Below, piece after piece: positions 10,194 through 18,368 of a stretch of 64,000 nucleotides of DNA (positions within the stretch are counted from its first letter, which is position 1; each line of letters opens with the position of its first letter). Source of the stretch: Deltaproteobacteria bacterium (GTDB lineage Bacteria; Myxococcota; Kuafuiibacteriia; Kuafuiibacteriales; Kuafuiibacteriaceae); contig JAVJQW010000041.1 of assembly GCA_040218735.1 (NCBI GenBank), forward strand, positions 96,001 to 160,000, in the 5' to 3' direction. Below the pieces are notes generated by a model. It saw nothing but the letters and a program-made list of their open reading frames with translations, searched no databases and was not told where the DNA came from. The position numbers were made by a program, and so were the translations under genes.

Positions 10194-10862
10194 CTAAAGG
10201 TTGATGATGCCCTGACGAATTCCCTCGGTGACGGCTTCCACGCGGTTCGTCACGTCGAGCTTCTCGTAGATGTGCTCGAGGTGCGTGCGGATCGTGGCCT
10301 TGGACAGCCCGAGGACCTTCGCGGCTTCGTTGTTGGAGAGCCCCTTGGCGATGATCTGGAGGATCTCCAGCTCGCGGTCGGTCAGGACGCTCTGCACCTC
10401 ACCCGGCGGGCGCTCGAAACCGTTCGGCCGGTCGTTCACCGACGCGCCGATCAGCCGGAGCAGGGCGCGCGCGAGGTTCGGCTGAATGACCGCGCCTCCC
10501 GCCTTCACGTCCTTGATGCCCTCGACGATCTTCTCCACGGGCGTCCCTTTGAGCAGGTAGCCGGCCGCACCGGCCGCGATGGCCTCGGTGACCTTCTCCT
10601 CCTCGTCGAAGATCGTGAAGATCAGGATCTCGATTTCGGGGTGGCTCGCCTTCACCTTCTTGGTGACGTCGATACCGCTCATCTGCGGGAGCCCCAGGTC
10701 CAGCAAGAGGACCTCGGGTTTGCACTCTTCGATCTTCTCGAGCGCGGATTCGCCCGAGAGCGCCTCACCGACGATCTCGATCTCGTCGAAGGTCTCTAGG
10801 AGCTTGATTTGGGCCTTGAGGATCTTCGGCTGATCCTCCACGACAAGTACTCGGATTCCCAT
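10194..10862 (-). CDS. NarL/LuxR-family response regulator
   Basis: Receiver domain (VVED, LLDLGLP, YLLK) plus LuxR HTH LTDRELEIL...GLSNNE. Confidence 0.95.
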   Translation of the reverse strand: MGIRVLVVEDQPKILKAQIKLLETFDEIEIVGEALSGESALEKIEECKPEVLLLDLGLPQMSGIDVTKKVKASHPEIEILIFTIFDEEEKVTEAIAAGAAGYLLKGTPVEKIVEGIKDVKAGGAVIQPNLARALLRLIGASVNDRPNGFERPPGEVQSVLTDRELEILQIIAKGLSNNEAAKVLGLSKATIRTHLEHIYEKLDVTNRVEAVTEGIRQGIINL

Positions 10863-10891
10863 TCGATCCCCGATCCGGCGGTCACCGCGCC

Positions 10892-11845
10892 ATGCAGCGT
10901 CCTACTTCACGAGCATATCCCGCGAAGGGCACCGGTCACAACCTTTCGTCCGATGGACTGGTTCTCGGCGCCCCGAAGCGCGACGCGCAGCTACGTCTGC
11001 ACCTCGATCGCTTCCTGGCCGACGTCGACCCGGCGGTCGTCGCCGCCAACGATCCGGTGAGCCTCGTTCGCCCTTACTCCGATCCGCACGACCGCGAAGT
11101 CGCGGGGTTCTTGGTGGCGATGCTCGCGTACGGACGGGTCGCGAGCATCATCGCGACCGCGCGGCGGGCACTCGACGCGCTCGGTCCGCACCCCGCGAAG
11201 GCGGTCGATGGCGGACGCCGCGCGAAGAAGCTCGACGGCTTCGTCTATCGCTTTCAGAAGAACGACGATCTCGTGCGCTTCCTGACCGCGGTGAAGCGCG
11301 TTCGAAAGAAGTACGGGAGCCTCGGCGCGGCGTTCCTCGCGAACGACGCCTTGGGCACGGACTACGCCGACACGATGGCGCGGTTCGTCGACGAGCTGCT
11401 CGCCGCCGTCGACGGTCCGCCTTCGAACGGCCTGAAGTTCCTGCTGCCGAACCCGGCGCGCGGGGGGGCGGCGAAGCGGTTGTGCCTCTACCTGCGGTGG
11501 ATGGTGCGGCCGGACGACGGCGCGGATCTCGGGACTTGGCGAACGCTTGCGCCAGGCGTCGATACCTCGCGGCTCGTGATTCCGCTGGACACGCATATCG
11601 CGCGGATCGGGCGTTATCTCGGACTCACAGATCGCGCTACGGACAACCTGATCACCGCCCGGGAGATCACATCTGTGCTCCGGCGGCTTCGCCCTGGCGA
11701 TCCGCTCGCGTACGATCTGGCGCTGTGTCACCTGGGGATCGGCGGTCAGTGTCCGCGGCAGCGCGACGTCGTGCTGTGTCGCGCGTGTCCGATTCGGGCG
11801 GTGTGTCGGCTCGGTCCGGAGCCGAAGGGCTGGCGAAGGCGGTAG
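10892..11845 (+). CDS. TIGR02757/DUF2400 family protein (HhH-GPD-like) with C-terminal Cys cluster
   Basis: DPVS...DREVAG..AMLAYGRV, KRLCLYLRWMVR, IPLDTHIAR, DPLAYDLAL motifs. Start uncertain. Confidence 0.85.
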   Translation: MQRPTSRAYPAKGTGHNLSSDGLVLGAPKRDAQLRLHLDRFLADVDPAVVAANDPVSLVRPYSDPHDREVAGFLVAMLAYGRVASIIATARRALDALGPHPAKAVDGGRRAKKLDGFVYRFQKNDDLVRFLTAVKRVRKKYGSLGAAFLANDALGTDYADTMARFVDELLAAVDGPPSNGLKFLLPNPARGGAAKRLCLYLRWMVRPDDGADLGTWRTLAPGVDTSRLVIPLDTHIARIGRYLGLTDRATDNLITAREITSVLRRLRPGDPLAYDLALCHLGIGGQCPRQRDVVLCRACPIRAVCRLGPEPKGWRRR

Positions 11846-11853
11846 AACGTTCG

Positions 11854-12747
11854 ATGCGTTGGGGATGCCTCCTGCTCTGCGTGGCCGCGTGTTCGCCCGG
11901 CGTTGGCCGCGAGCCGGAGTTCCCGGACGGCGGCCCGGTGCGCGACGTCGGTCCGCGTGACTCGGGCCCCGGTCGCGACGCCGGCTTCCGCGACGGCGGT
12001 CGCCGCGACGCCAACGTCACCGTGCGCGACGGTGGTCCGCCCGCGATGTTCCCGTTCACGGGCATCTTCGAGATCTACGACAGCGCGCAGACGCTCTACG
12101 CGCGCGAGCTCGACGGTGAGCTGATGCTGATCGTCGACGCGCCGCCGTACATCTTCGTCGGAACGATCGACGCGGAGGGGCGCTTCGACCTGACGTCTCC
12201 GGTGTTGGATGCGAGCGGCTGCAACCGGCCGAGCATCACGGGTGAGTACGAACGGACGAGCACGCTCTACCGAATGGATTATCGCGCGTGCAACGGGCAG
12301 CTCCAGGTCATCGAGGCGGAGCTGCGCGGGTTGTTCTTGAACGACTACGACCACCAACGCAGCGGCGTCTACGAGGTCGACGCCACCATCTTCCGAGACA
12401 CGACGGGCTGCTGGACGGGCAACGCGACGACCACGGGCTGGCGGTGGGCGACGTTCTTCCTCGACGCCGGCAACACGGCGATCGTCTTCACCGCGACGGA
12501 CTTCGTGGACCCGCCGAACGTCTACGTCGGCACGTACACCGGCGGCTCGTTCGCCTACACCGCGACGCACTACGTGACGGCGAACGTGAACGGCGAGCGC
12601 TACGCGATGTCGGGCGGCTTCACGCAGCCGACGCTCAACGATCCGCTCGTGATGTCCGGGATGCGTGACGTCTACAACCCGAGCGGCCCGAACGGCCCCT
12701 GCTTCTTCACGATCAACTACGCCGGCGAGCGCGTCGCGTCGCCCTGA
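11854..12747 (+). CDS. Hypothetical lipoprotein
   Basis: MRWGCLLLCVAACS lipobox, RDGG/RDAG linker, beta-rich body with high-GC3 codons. Confidence 0.75.
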   Translation: MRWGCLLLCVAACSPGVGREPEFPDGGPVRDVGPRDSGPGRDAGFRDGGRRDANVTVRDGGPPAMFPFTGIFEIYDSAQTLYARELDGELMLIVDAPPYIFVGTIDAEGRFDLTSPVLDASGCNRPSITGEYERTSTLYRMDYRACNGQLQVIEAELRGLFLNDYDHQRSGVYEVDATIFRDTTGCWTGNATTTGWRWATFFLDAGNTAIVFTATDFVDPPNVYVGTYTGGSFAYTATHYVTANVNGERYAMSGGFTQPTLNDPLVMSGMRDVYNPSGPNGPCFFTINYAGERVASP

Positions 12748-12840
12748 CGGACGCCCGAACGAATTTCGGACGAACGCCGAACGCCGGGGCAGACGGCGGG
12801 GAGCGTTGACTGGGCCCGGGTCTTGCGACAGGACCGAGCC

Positions 12841-14550
12841 GTGTTGCGATCGTATTCGGTAGCGGTGGCCGCCGCGTGGTCCGTGGCCTGCGGGGCCGTC
12901 GTCGTCCCGCCCCAGGAGGGACGTGACGGAGGCGCTCTCGACGGCGCCATCGAGGACGCGGGTCATCGAGACGCGGGCGCTCCAACAGACGGTGGATCTC
13001 CCGACGCGGGGATCGGCCGTGACGGCGGAGCGCGGGATGGCGGCGTCGAACGCGACGCGGGCGAACGCGACGCCGGACCTCCTCGGGACGGCGGGCCGCG
13101 CTCATTTCAGCTCACGGTGGTGAAGCCTGGACCGGGTCCTGCCGTCGTCCTGTCGGATCCGCCCGGAATCGACTGCGGAGCCGTCTGTAGCTTCAGCTTC
13201 ACGGAGGGGACTTTGATCCGTTTGGCTGCGTCGCCCGATCGGAAGGCGAGGATCGTCGAATGGAGCGGCCCCTGTTCGGGGCGAGACGGCTGCGACTTCT
13301 CACTCGACGGCGACACCACCGTCACACTGTCCGTAGAGATTGAGCCTTCGCTTGCGCTCGGCGCTGGCCACTCTTGCACGGTGAACCATGAAGGCCGTTT
13401 GAGGTGCTGGGGCGCCGGCCTCGCTGGACGTCTTGGGCACGATAGCGAAGCCTCGGTGGGCGCAGTGAATTCCGTATCCATCCAGGCCGCGGGCGACATC
13501 ATCGTGGGTGCGCCGGTCCTAGACGTGGGTGCGGGCACGTACAACACGTGCGCCATTACGGACACGCGCGCGCTTCGGTGCTGGGGAGGGAACAGCTATG
13601 GCCAGCTCGGCTACGGAACGGTCGTCGACGTTTCGGATGGTCTCGGACCGACGATCGTTCAAGCGGGCGATGTCCCCGTTGGGGGCTCGGTACGGAAGGT
13701 GGTCGGTGGCTTTCAGCATACCTGCGCCCTGCTGGAGTCGGGTGCAGTTCGCTGTTGGGGGCGTGCGTCGGAGGGGCAACTGGGCTACGGCGACACGACG
13801 CAGGTCGGCGACGGTGTCGGGCCATCGATTGGCGTCGCTGGTGACGTGCCGCTCGGATTCCTGGCGATAGACCTCTGCGCCGGTCGATTTCACAACTGCG
13901 CCGTCTCGACAACCGGTTCCGTTCGTTGCTGGGGCCACGGCCTGGAGGGCCAACTTGGCCAAGGGAGCGTGACGACTATTGGTGACGGCATCGGACCGTC
14001 GATCGTTGAAGCCGGAGATGTGCCTATCGGTGGCCCTGCTGTGCGCGCCATCGAATGTGGAGCGACGCATACGTGCGCGACGACGACGGCCGATATGACT
14101 CGCTGTTGGGGCGCCGGCGCTTCCGGTCAATTGGGCTACAACGACACGCTCAACGTTGCGGATGGCGGACGGACCATCGGGCAAATGGGTGCCGTGCCGG
14201 TCGGCGGCGCAGTCGCGCGAGCGTACGCAGGTGGCGCGCACTCCTGCGCGCTGATGGTGTCCGGTGCAGTTCGATGCTGGGGCAACGGCCTCTACGGCCG
14301 TCTCGGGTACGGCGCGACCGAGAACGTCGGCGATGACGTCACGCGCTCGATTCAGCTGGCCGGTGATGTACCGATCGGAGTCGCTGCCGTGAGTCTCTCC
14401 GTTGGAACGGGAGCCCACAGCTGCGTCATCACGGAGTTCGAAACGGTACGCTGCTGGGGTTCGGGCGCGACCGGTTACGGAATCGACATGAACGTGGGCG
14501 ATGGGACGGGGCCATCGATCGTTCAAGCTGGCGACGTCGCCGTCTGGTGA
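12841..14550 (+). CDS. RCC1-repeat lipoprotein with Ig-like bacterial repeat domain
   Basis: SVACG lipobox, DGG linker, about 7 RCC1 repeats (HTC...VRCWG...GQLGYG). Start 12823-12844 uncertain. Confidence 0.85.
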   Translation: MLRSYSVAVAAAWSVACGAVVVPPQEGRDGGALDGAIEDAGHRDAGAPTDGGSPDAGIGRDGGARDGGVERDAGERDAGPPRDGGPRSFQLTVVKPGPGPAVVLSDPPGIDCGAVCSFSFTEGTLIRLAASPDRKARIVEWSGPCSGRDGCDFSLDGDTTVTLSVEIEPSLALGAGHSCTVNHEGRLRCWGAGLAGRLGHDSEASVGAVNSVSIQAAGDIIVGAPVLDVGAGTYNTCAITDTRALRCWGGNSYGQLGYGTVVDVSDGLGPTIVQAGDVPVGGSVRKVVGGFQHTCALLESGAVRCWGRASEGQLGYGDTTQVGDGVGPSIGVAGDVPLGFLAIDLCAGRFHNCAVSTTGSVRCWGHGLEGQLGQGSVTTIGDGIGPSIVEAGDVPIGGPAVRAIECGATHTCATTTADMTRCWGAGASGQLGYNDTLNVADGGRTIGQMGAVPVGGAVARAYAGGAHSCALMVSGAVRCWGNGLYGRLGYGATENVGDDVTRSIQLAGDVPIGVAAVSLSVGTGAHSCVITEFETVRCWGSGATGYGIDMNVGDGTGPSIVQAGDVAVW

Positions 14551-14556
14551 TGCGGT

Positions 14557-14874
14557 TCAGTCGGGCACGGTGCAGAGGTTGACCCAGTCCTGCGCAATGT
14601 TCTGGCAGTGCGCCTCGCCGTTCTCGTCTCTGAACCAGTTGGGCCACGTCGTGCTGTCCGGGACCTGCGCCGACCAGTAACACGGGTGGCACAGCGGCAG
14701 GTCGGCCTGCCAGCCTCCGCTGCACGGGTCGATCGTGGCGCCCTGCGAGGGCGAGCCAACTTCCCAGCCGGGCAGGAAGCCCGGGCAGCAGTCGCCGAAG
14801 GCGTACGGTCGGACGTCCTCGGGGGGACGGCCGATGAGCTGCTCACCCTTCTGGTTCAGCGGTTTGATCGCCAC
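14557..14874 (-). CDS. QhpC-like peptide (quinohemoprotein amine dehydrogenase gamma-subunit homolog)
   Basis: GTG start at 14874 gives MAIKPLNQKG...GDCCPGFLPGWEV...C...ADL..C.PCYWSAQVPD...WPNW...QDW..L, colinear with QhpC motifs (C...F.PGWEV, EADL, DPCWWPAQV.D, YPNW, DWR.L) as recalled from Paracoccus/Pseudomonas sequences. Confidence 0.8.
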   Translation of the reverse strand: MAIKPLNQKGEQLIGRPPEDVRPYAFGDCCPGFLPGWEVGSPSQGATIDPCSGGWQADLPLCHPCYWSAQVPDSTTWPNWFRDENGEAHCQNIAQDWVNLCTVPD

Positions 14875-14925
14875 GGTCCGGGAGTATCCGCGGTTGGGGC
14901 GAGGGATGCAATTGGATCGGCGGGG

Positions 14926-14963
14926 CCCGGACGATTCGTCCGGGTTCGTCCGGATGCGTCCGG
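14926..14963. repeat. Palindrome plus three CGTCCGG repeats at 10-bp spacing
   Basis: CCCGGACGA-T-TCGTCCGGG (14926-14944); CGTCCGG at 14937, 14947 and 14957. Confidence 0.6.
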
Positions 14964-15023
14964 CGCGAGGCGCGTCGGCGCGGCGCGGGCGGAACGGTCG
15001 GGTTCGGCCCGAGTCTTGAAGAT

Positions 15024-17672
15024 GTGTGCGGGGTGTCCTCGCCGATCCTCCCGTCGATCGCCGCCCTCGGCCCCACCCGCACCGGCGCGCGCACGCTCGG
15101 TCGCGCCGAAGTCGTGGCGGTGCCGGCGACCGTCGAGCTCGATGTAGTTGTTCCCAGCGACCGTCGCCTCGACGCACCGATCGTGCGGACCCGCGCCTTG
15201 GACGTCCTCGGCCTGGGCCCGCTCCCCGACGACGACGCCGCGCTCGCCGCGCGCGTGACCCGGCTCGTGCGTGCGCAGGGGATCGCGGCCGTCCGCCTGC
15301 GGCTCGCATCGGCGCGGGCGAGCGCCCAACACCTGAAGTCGCTCGGTGCGCCGCGCGACATCGCGCGCGCCGATGCGCTCCTGAGCCGACTCGATCGTAT
15401 GGGCCCGGCCCTCGAGCGCCTCACCGCCGAGCGCGAGCATGTCCGCCGCGGCCTCACCCCCCGAGCGCTCGTGCAGGCCAAGCGCTTGCTCGACGCCGCC
15501 GAGCGACGCGTCGACGCGATGGTCGCGCAGTACCGAGATCCGGCGGAGCTCGCCGCGCTCCGGAGCGCGGCGCAGGACCTCTTGGTCGCGCGGCGTCGTG
15601 GCCCCGCGGCCTACGCGAAGGCCCACCGCGAGCTCGCCGCTCGGCACGCCATCCTTCGACGCTTCGACTACGACGGACCGCTCGAACCGCTCTTGGATCT
15701 CGCGCGTGACACCCAAGTCGTGAGGGCAGGCGGACAAGCCATCGAAGTCGACCGACCCGCCGCGTGGCCGGTCGGCACCATGCTCGCGGACGCGAAGTCG
15801 GCGATCGCCGACATGCGCGAGCGACTCGAGCGCGACCCCGCGGCGGTGTGGAAGCTCCCGTCCGTCATCGAGGCGACGTTGATCGCCGAGGGCGTTGCGA
15901 CGTCGGGGATGGTGGCGGCGCACGCGCGGGACGTCGTCTCTGAAGTTCACGCCGACGAAGCGCTGTGGCGCACGTTCGTCTCGATCGCCGCGATCGGTTT
16001 GGGCGTCGCGGCGGCGTTGCCGTCCGGGGGGACGAGCGTCGCGGTCGGCGCCGCGGTCACCGCTTCGCTCGACGCGTACCAGCTCTACCTCAGCGCCGAG
16101 GCCTACGCATTCGCGTCGGACGCCTGGAACGCGGAGCTGTCCTCGGAGGCCCCCAGCGGGTGGGGCGTCGCGATGGACGCGGTCGGTGCGACGATCGGCG
16201 TCGCCGGCGCGGCGGTCGGTCTCACGAAGGCCGCGTTCGCTGCGTTGCTCGCGCGGAGCGACGCGGTCGGCGACGCAGCGCGCGGGCTGTCGTTGCGCAT
16301 CGGCGAAGCGCGGGCCAACGCGCTCTTCGCGCGGTTCGGGGAGGAGGGCGCGACGGATGCCTTCCACGCGATGCCGAGTGAGGTCTGGACGCGGCTGGCG
16401 GACGTCGACGACGTCGCGGTGCATCGCGCTTTCGACGTGCTCGGGGCGCAACGCTTCGGAGACCTCGCGCACGTGATGGGCAGCGAGCGGTTCGCCGCGG
16501 CGGTGGCGACGACGGACGCGAAGACCTGGGCGAATCTACTGAGTACACCGCTCGAAACGAAGCGTCTCGCGAAGGTCCTCGCGATCGAGCCGGCCACGCT
16601 CGCGGCGATCGCGCCGCATGTGAAGGGGGAGGGTCTCGCGCGGATCGTCACCCGTATCGACCCCACGGCGATCGGGCACGCAAAAGGCGCGTTCCTGACC
16701 GTGCACGGACAGCTTCGCTTCAATGGATTCGAGCTGCTGCGCGCGGTCGACGACGGCACGTTCGACGCGGTCGAGGGGACGTGGTCGATGCTGCGCGCCG
16801 CGGCGCCGGAGGAGATGGCGCGGTTCGCGATGCTCTCGCGGCGCGACGTCGCGGACCTCGAGGCGCTCGTCGTCGCTTCGTTCCACGGGCGCCCGTTGGA
16901 TGCCGATCGTCTGGGGCGTGTCGTCGCGAGGACGAACGCGCGGCGGCGTGACGTGGTGAAGCTCGCGTGGCGCATCGCGGAGCCGTCGGTGCAGCTGTCG
17001 CGGCGCGCGGAGGCGCTCGCGCGCCGGGTGCCCGAGCTGCGCATGGGGCTGGAGATCCTCGCGACGACACCCGGGTTGGGCGACGCGATGATCGACGGTG
17101 TCGTGCGCCGCCTGGAGCGCGCGGTCGGCGCGCGGGGCGCGACGTTTTCGCGCGCGCACCTCGCGCGGTGGCTGGAGGACGCCGCGGCGGCCGGGCGCGG
17201 GCTGCCGTCGGCGCTCGCGGACCGCGTCGAGGAGATCGACTACGCGCTGGAGGTCGTCGCCGCGGGGCGCGTCGCGCCGGGGAGCACGGTGTACCTGGGC
17301 GTGGAGGCCGGCGAGCGCGTCGCGCTGGCGCGTGGGGGCCCGTGGCTGGAGCTGCCGACCGTCGATCCCAACGCGAAGGACACGCTGCAGGACTTGGACG
17401 TGGTATTTCTCGGGCGGGACGGCGCGGTGAACGTGGTGGAGGTGAAGAAGTCGGATCAGGCTCTGTGGGAGGCGCTCGAGAAGACCGAGGGACGGTACCT
17501 CGAGAAGTTCGACGCACTCCGTTCACGGAGCTCGAGTGCTGTGGACCTGCGAGTAGCCCTTCGCGGGTCGAGCGAGGTGTGGCTCGATTCCGTGTTGCGC
17601 TCGGTCCCCGAGTCGCCACGCGTCAAGGCCGACGAGTATGGCGTTCGTCTCGAGACGAGGGGCGCTCCGTGA
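15024..17672 (+). CDS. Large Ala-rich protein with C-terminal PD-(D/E)XK-like motif; putative polymorphic toxin
   Basis: Helical N-terminal body, central hydrophobic Gly/Ala segments, C-terminal LQDLDVVF...VNVVEVKKS. Start uncertain (15024-15033). Confidence 0.6.
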   Translation: MCGVSSPILPSIAALGPTRTGARTLGRAEVVAVPATVELDVVVPSDRRLDAPIVRTRALDVLGLGPLPDDDAALAARVTRLVRAQGIAAVRLRLASARASAQHLKSLGAPRDIARADALLSRLDRMGPALERLTAEREHVRRGLTPRALVQAKRLLDAAERRVDAMVAQYRDPAELAALRSAAQDLLVARRRGPAAYAKAHRELAARHAILRRFDYDGPLEPLLDLARDTQVVRAGGQAIEVDRPAAWPVGTMLADAKSAIADMRERLERDPAAVWKLPSVIEATLIAEGVATSGMVAAHARDVVSEVHADEALWRTFVSIAAIGLGVAAALPSGGTSVAVGAAVTASLDAYQLYLSAEAYAFASDAWNAELSSEAPSGWGVAMDAVGATIGVAGAAVGLTKAAFAALLARSDAVGDAARGLSLRIGEARANALFARFGEEGATDAFHAMPSEVWTRLADVDDVAVHRAFDVLGAQRFGDLAHVMGSERFAAAVATTDAKTWANLLSTPLETKRLAKVLAIEPATLAAIAPHVKGEGLARIVTRIDPTAIGHAKGAFLTVHGQLRFNGFELLRAVDDGTFDAVEGTWSMLRAAAPEEMARFAMLSRRDVADLEALVVASFHGRPLDADRLGRVVARTNARRRDVVKLAWRIAEPSVQLSRRAEALARRVPELRMGLEILATTPGLGDAMIDGVVRRLERAVGARGATFSRAHLARWLEDAAAAGRGLPSALADRVEEIDYALEVVAAGRVAPGSTVYLGVEAGERVALARGGPWLELPTVDPNAKDTLQDLDVVFLGRDGAVNVVEVKKSDQALWEALEKTEGRYLEKFDALRSRSSSAVDLRVALRGSSEVWLDSVLRSVPESPRVKADEYGVRLETRGAP

Positions 17673-18364
17673 GGGGCAGGGCAGGGTTGGAAGCCGCCGC
17701 GGACGTCGTCGCGCGGACGCCGGAGCGTTGGCGCGTGCGAAACAGCAACGCGACCGACAACCTCCGAACGGCGGTCACGCGAGAGGCGATCGAGGCTGGA
17801 TTCGGCGTCGTCGGTCAGGGGCTTGCGCTGCTTGGGCCGGAGGATCCGGACGAGCGCTTCCCGAAGGACTTCACCGGCTGGCTCTACCCCTGCTGGAAGG
17901 CGCTGGACGAAGCCTTCACGGACCGACGGGGCTTCGGAGCGTCGGCGTTCCGTGGTTACCTCGACGCGCAGTCCTCGCCCGTCGAAGCACCCGAGGGCAC
18001 GCAGATCAGTTGGCTCGGGCTGATGCGCTCTTGGCTTCGATGGGATCTCGGAGCGCTGGCGGGAGAGATCATCCGGTCGACGCCGTCTCAGCGAGCCGAC
18101 GATCCAGACGGCCTTCGGGAGGCCGCGGTGATCGGTGTCGACCGCGTCGCTCTCCTCCTCCGAGACGCGGACCAAGTCGCGACGCTCGACCGCATGATGC
18201 GCGTCGCTGACGTCTCCGACCTCGCGCGGCGCCTCTGGCACCACCCGAACGCCGGTCCCAAGATGAAGGGTGCCCTCGACGAGCTCTTCTCCGGCAACTA
18301 CGCCGAGATCCTGAAGTCCGATCCACCGGAGCACCACGACGACCCGCCGTGGATTCTCGATTGA
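17669..18364 (+). CDS. Hypothetical protein, putative immunity protein
   Basis: GTG start overlaps the upstream TGA (GTGA, 17669-17672); about 231 aa, no recognised motif. Confidence 0.55.
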   Translation: MRGRAGLEAAADVVARTPERWRVRNSNATDNLRTAVTREAIEAGFGVVGQGLALLGPEDPDERFPKDFTGWLYPCWKALDEAFTDRRGFGASAFRGYLDAQSSPVEAPEGTQISWLGLMRSWLRWDLGALAGEIIRSTPSQRADDPDGLREAAVIGVDRVALLLRDADQVATLDRMMRVADVSDLARRLWHHPNAGPKMKGALDELFSGNYAEILKSDPPEHHDDPPWILD

Positions 18365-18368
18365 CGTG

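Noticed and set aside
13380-14550. Recurring DNA similarity, considered as a CRISPR array or DGR template/variable repeat
   Set aside because: Explained by protein-level RCC1 blades; no identical repeats with unique spacers, and no cas or reverse transcriptase gene.
14894-14910. TGG-N10-GCA sigma54-like element upstream of the toxin-like gene
   Set aside because: Only the GG/GC spacing fits; the TGGCAC and TTGC cores are poor and chance matches are common at this GC content.
14875-15309. Upstream 145 codons of the 250-aa track ORF
   Set aside because: Low-complexity Arg/Gly/Ala sequence overlapping the opposite-strand gene; the QhpC-like leader starts at GTG 14874.
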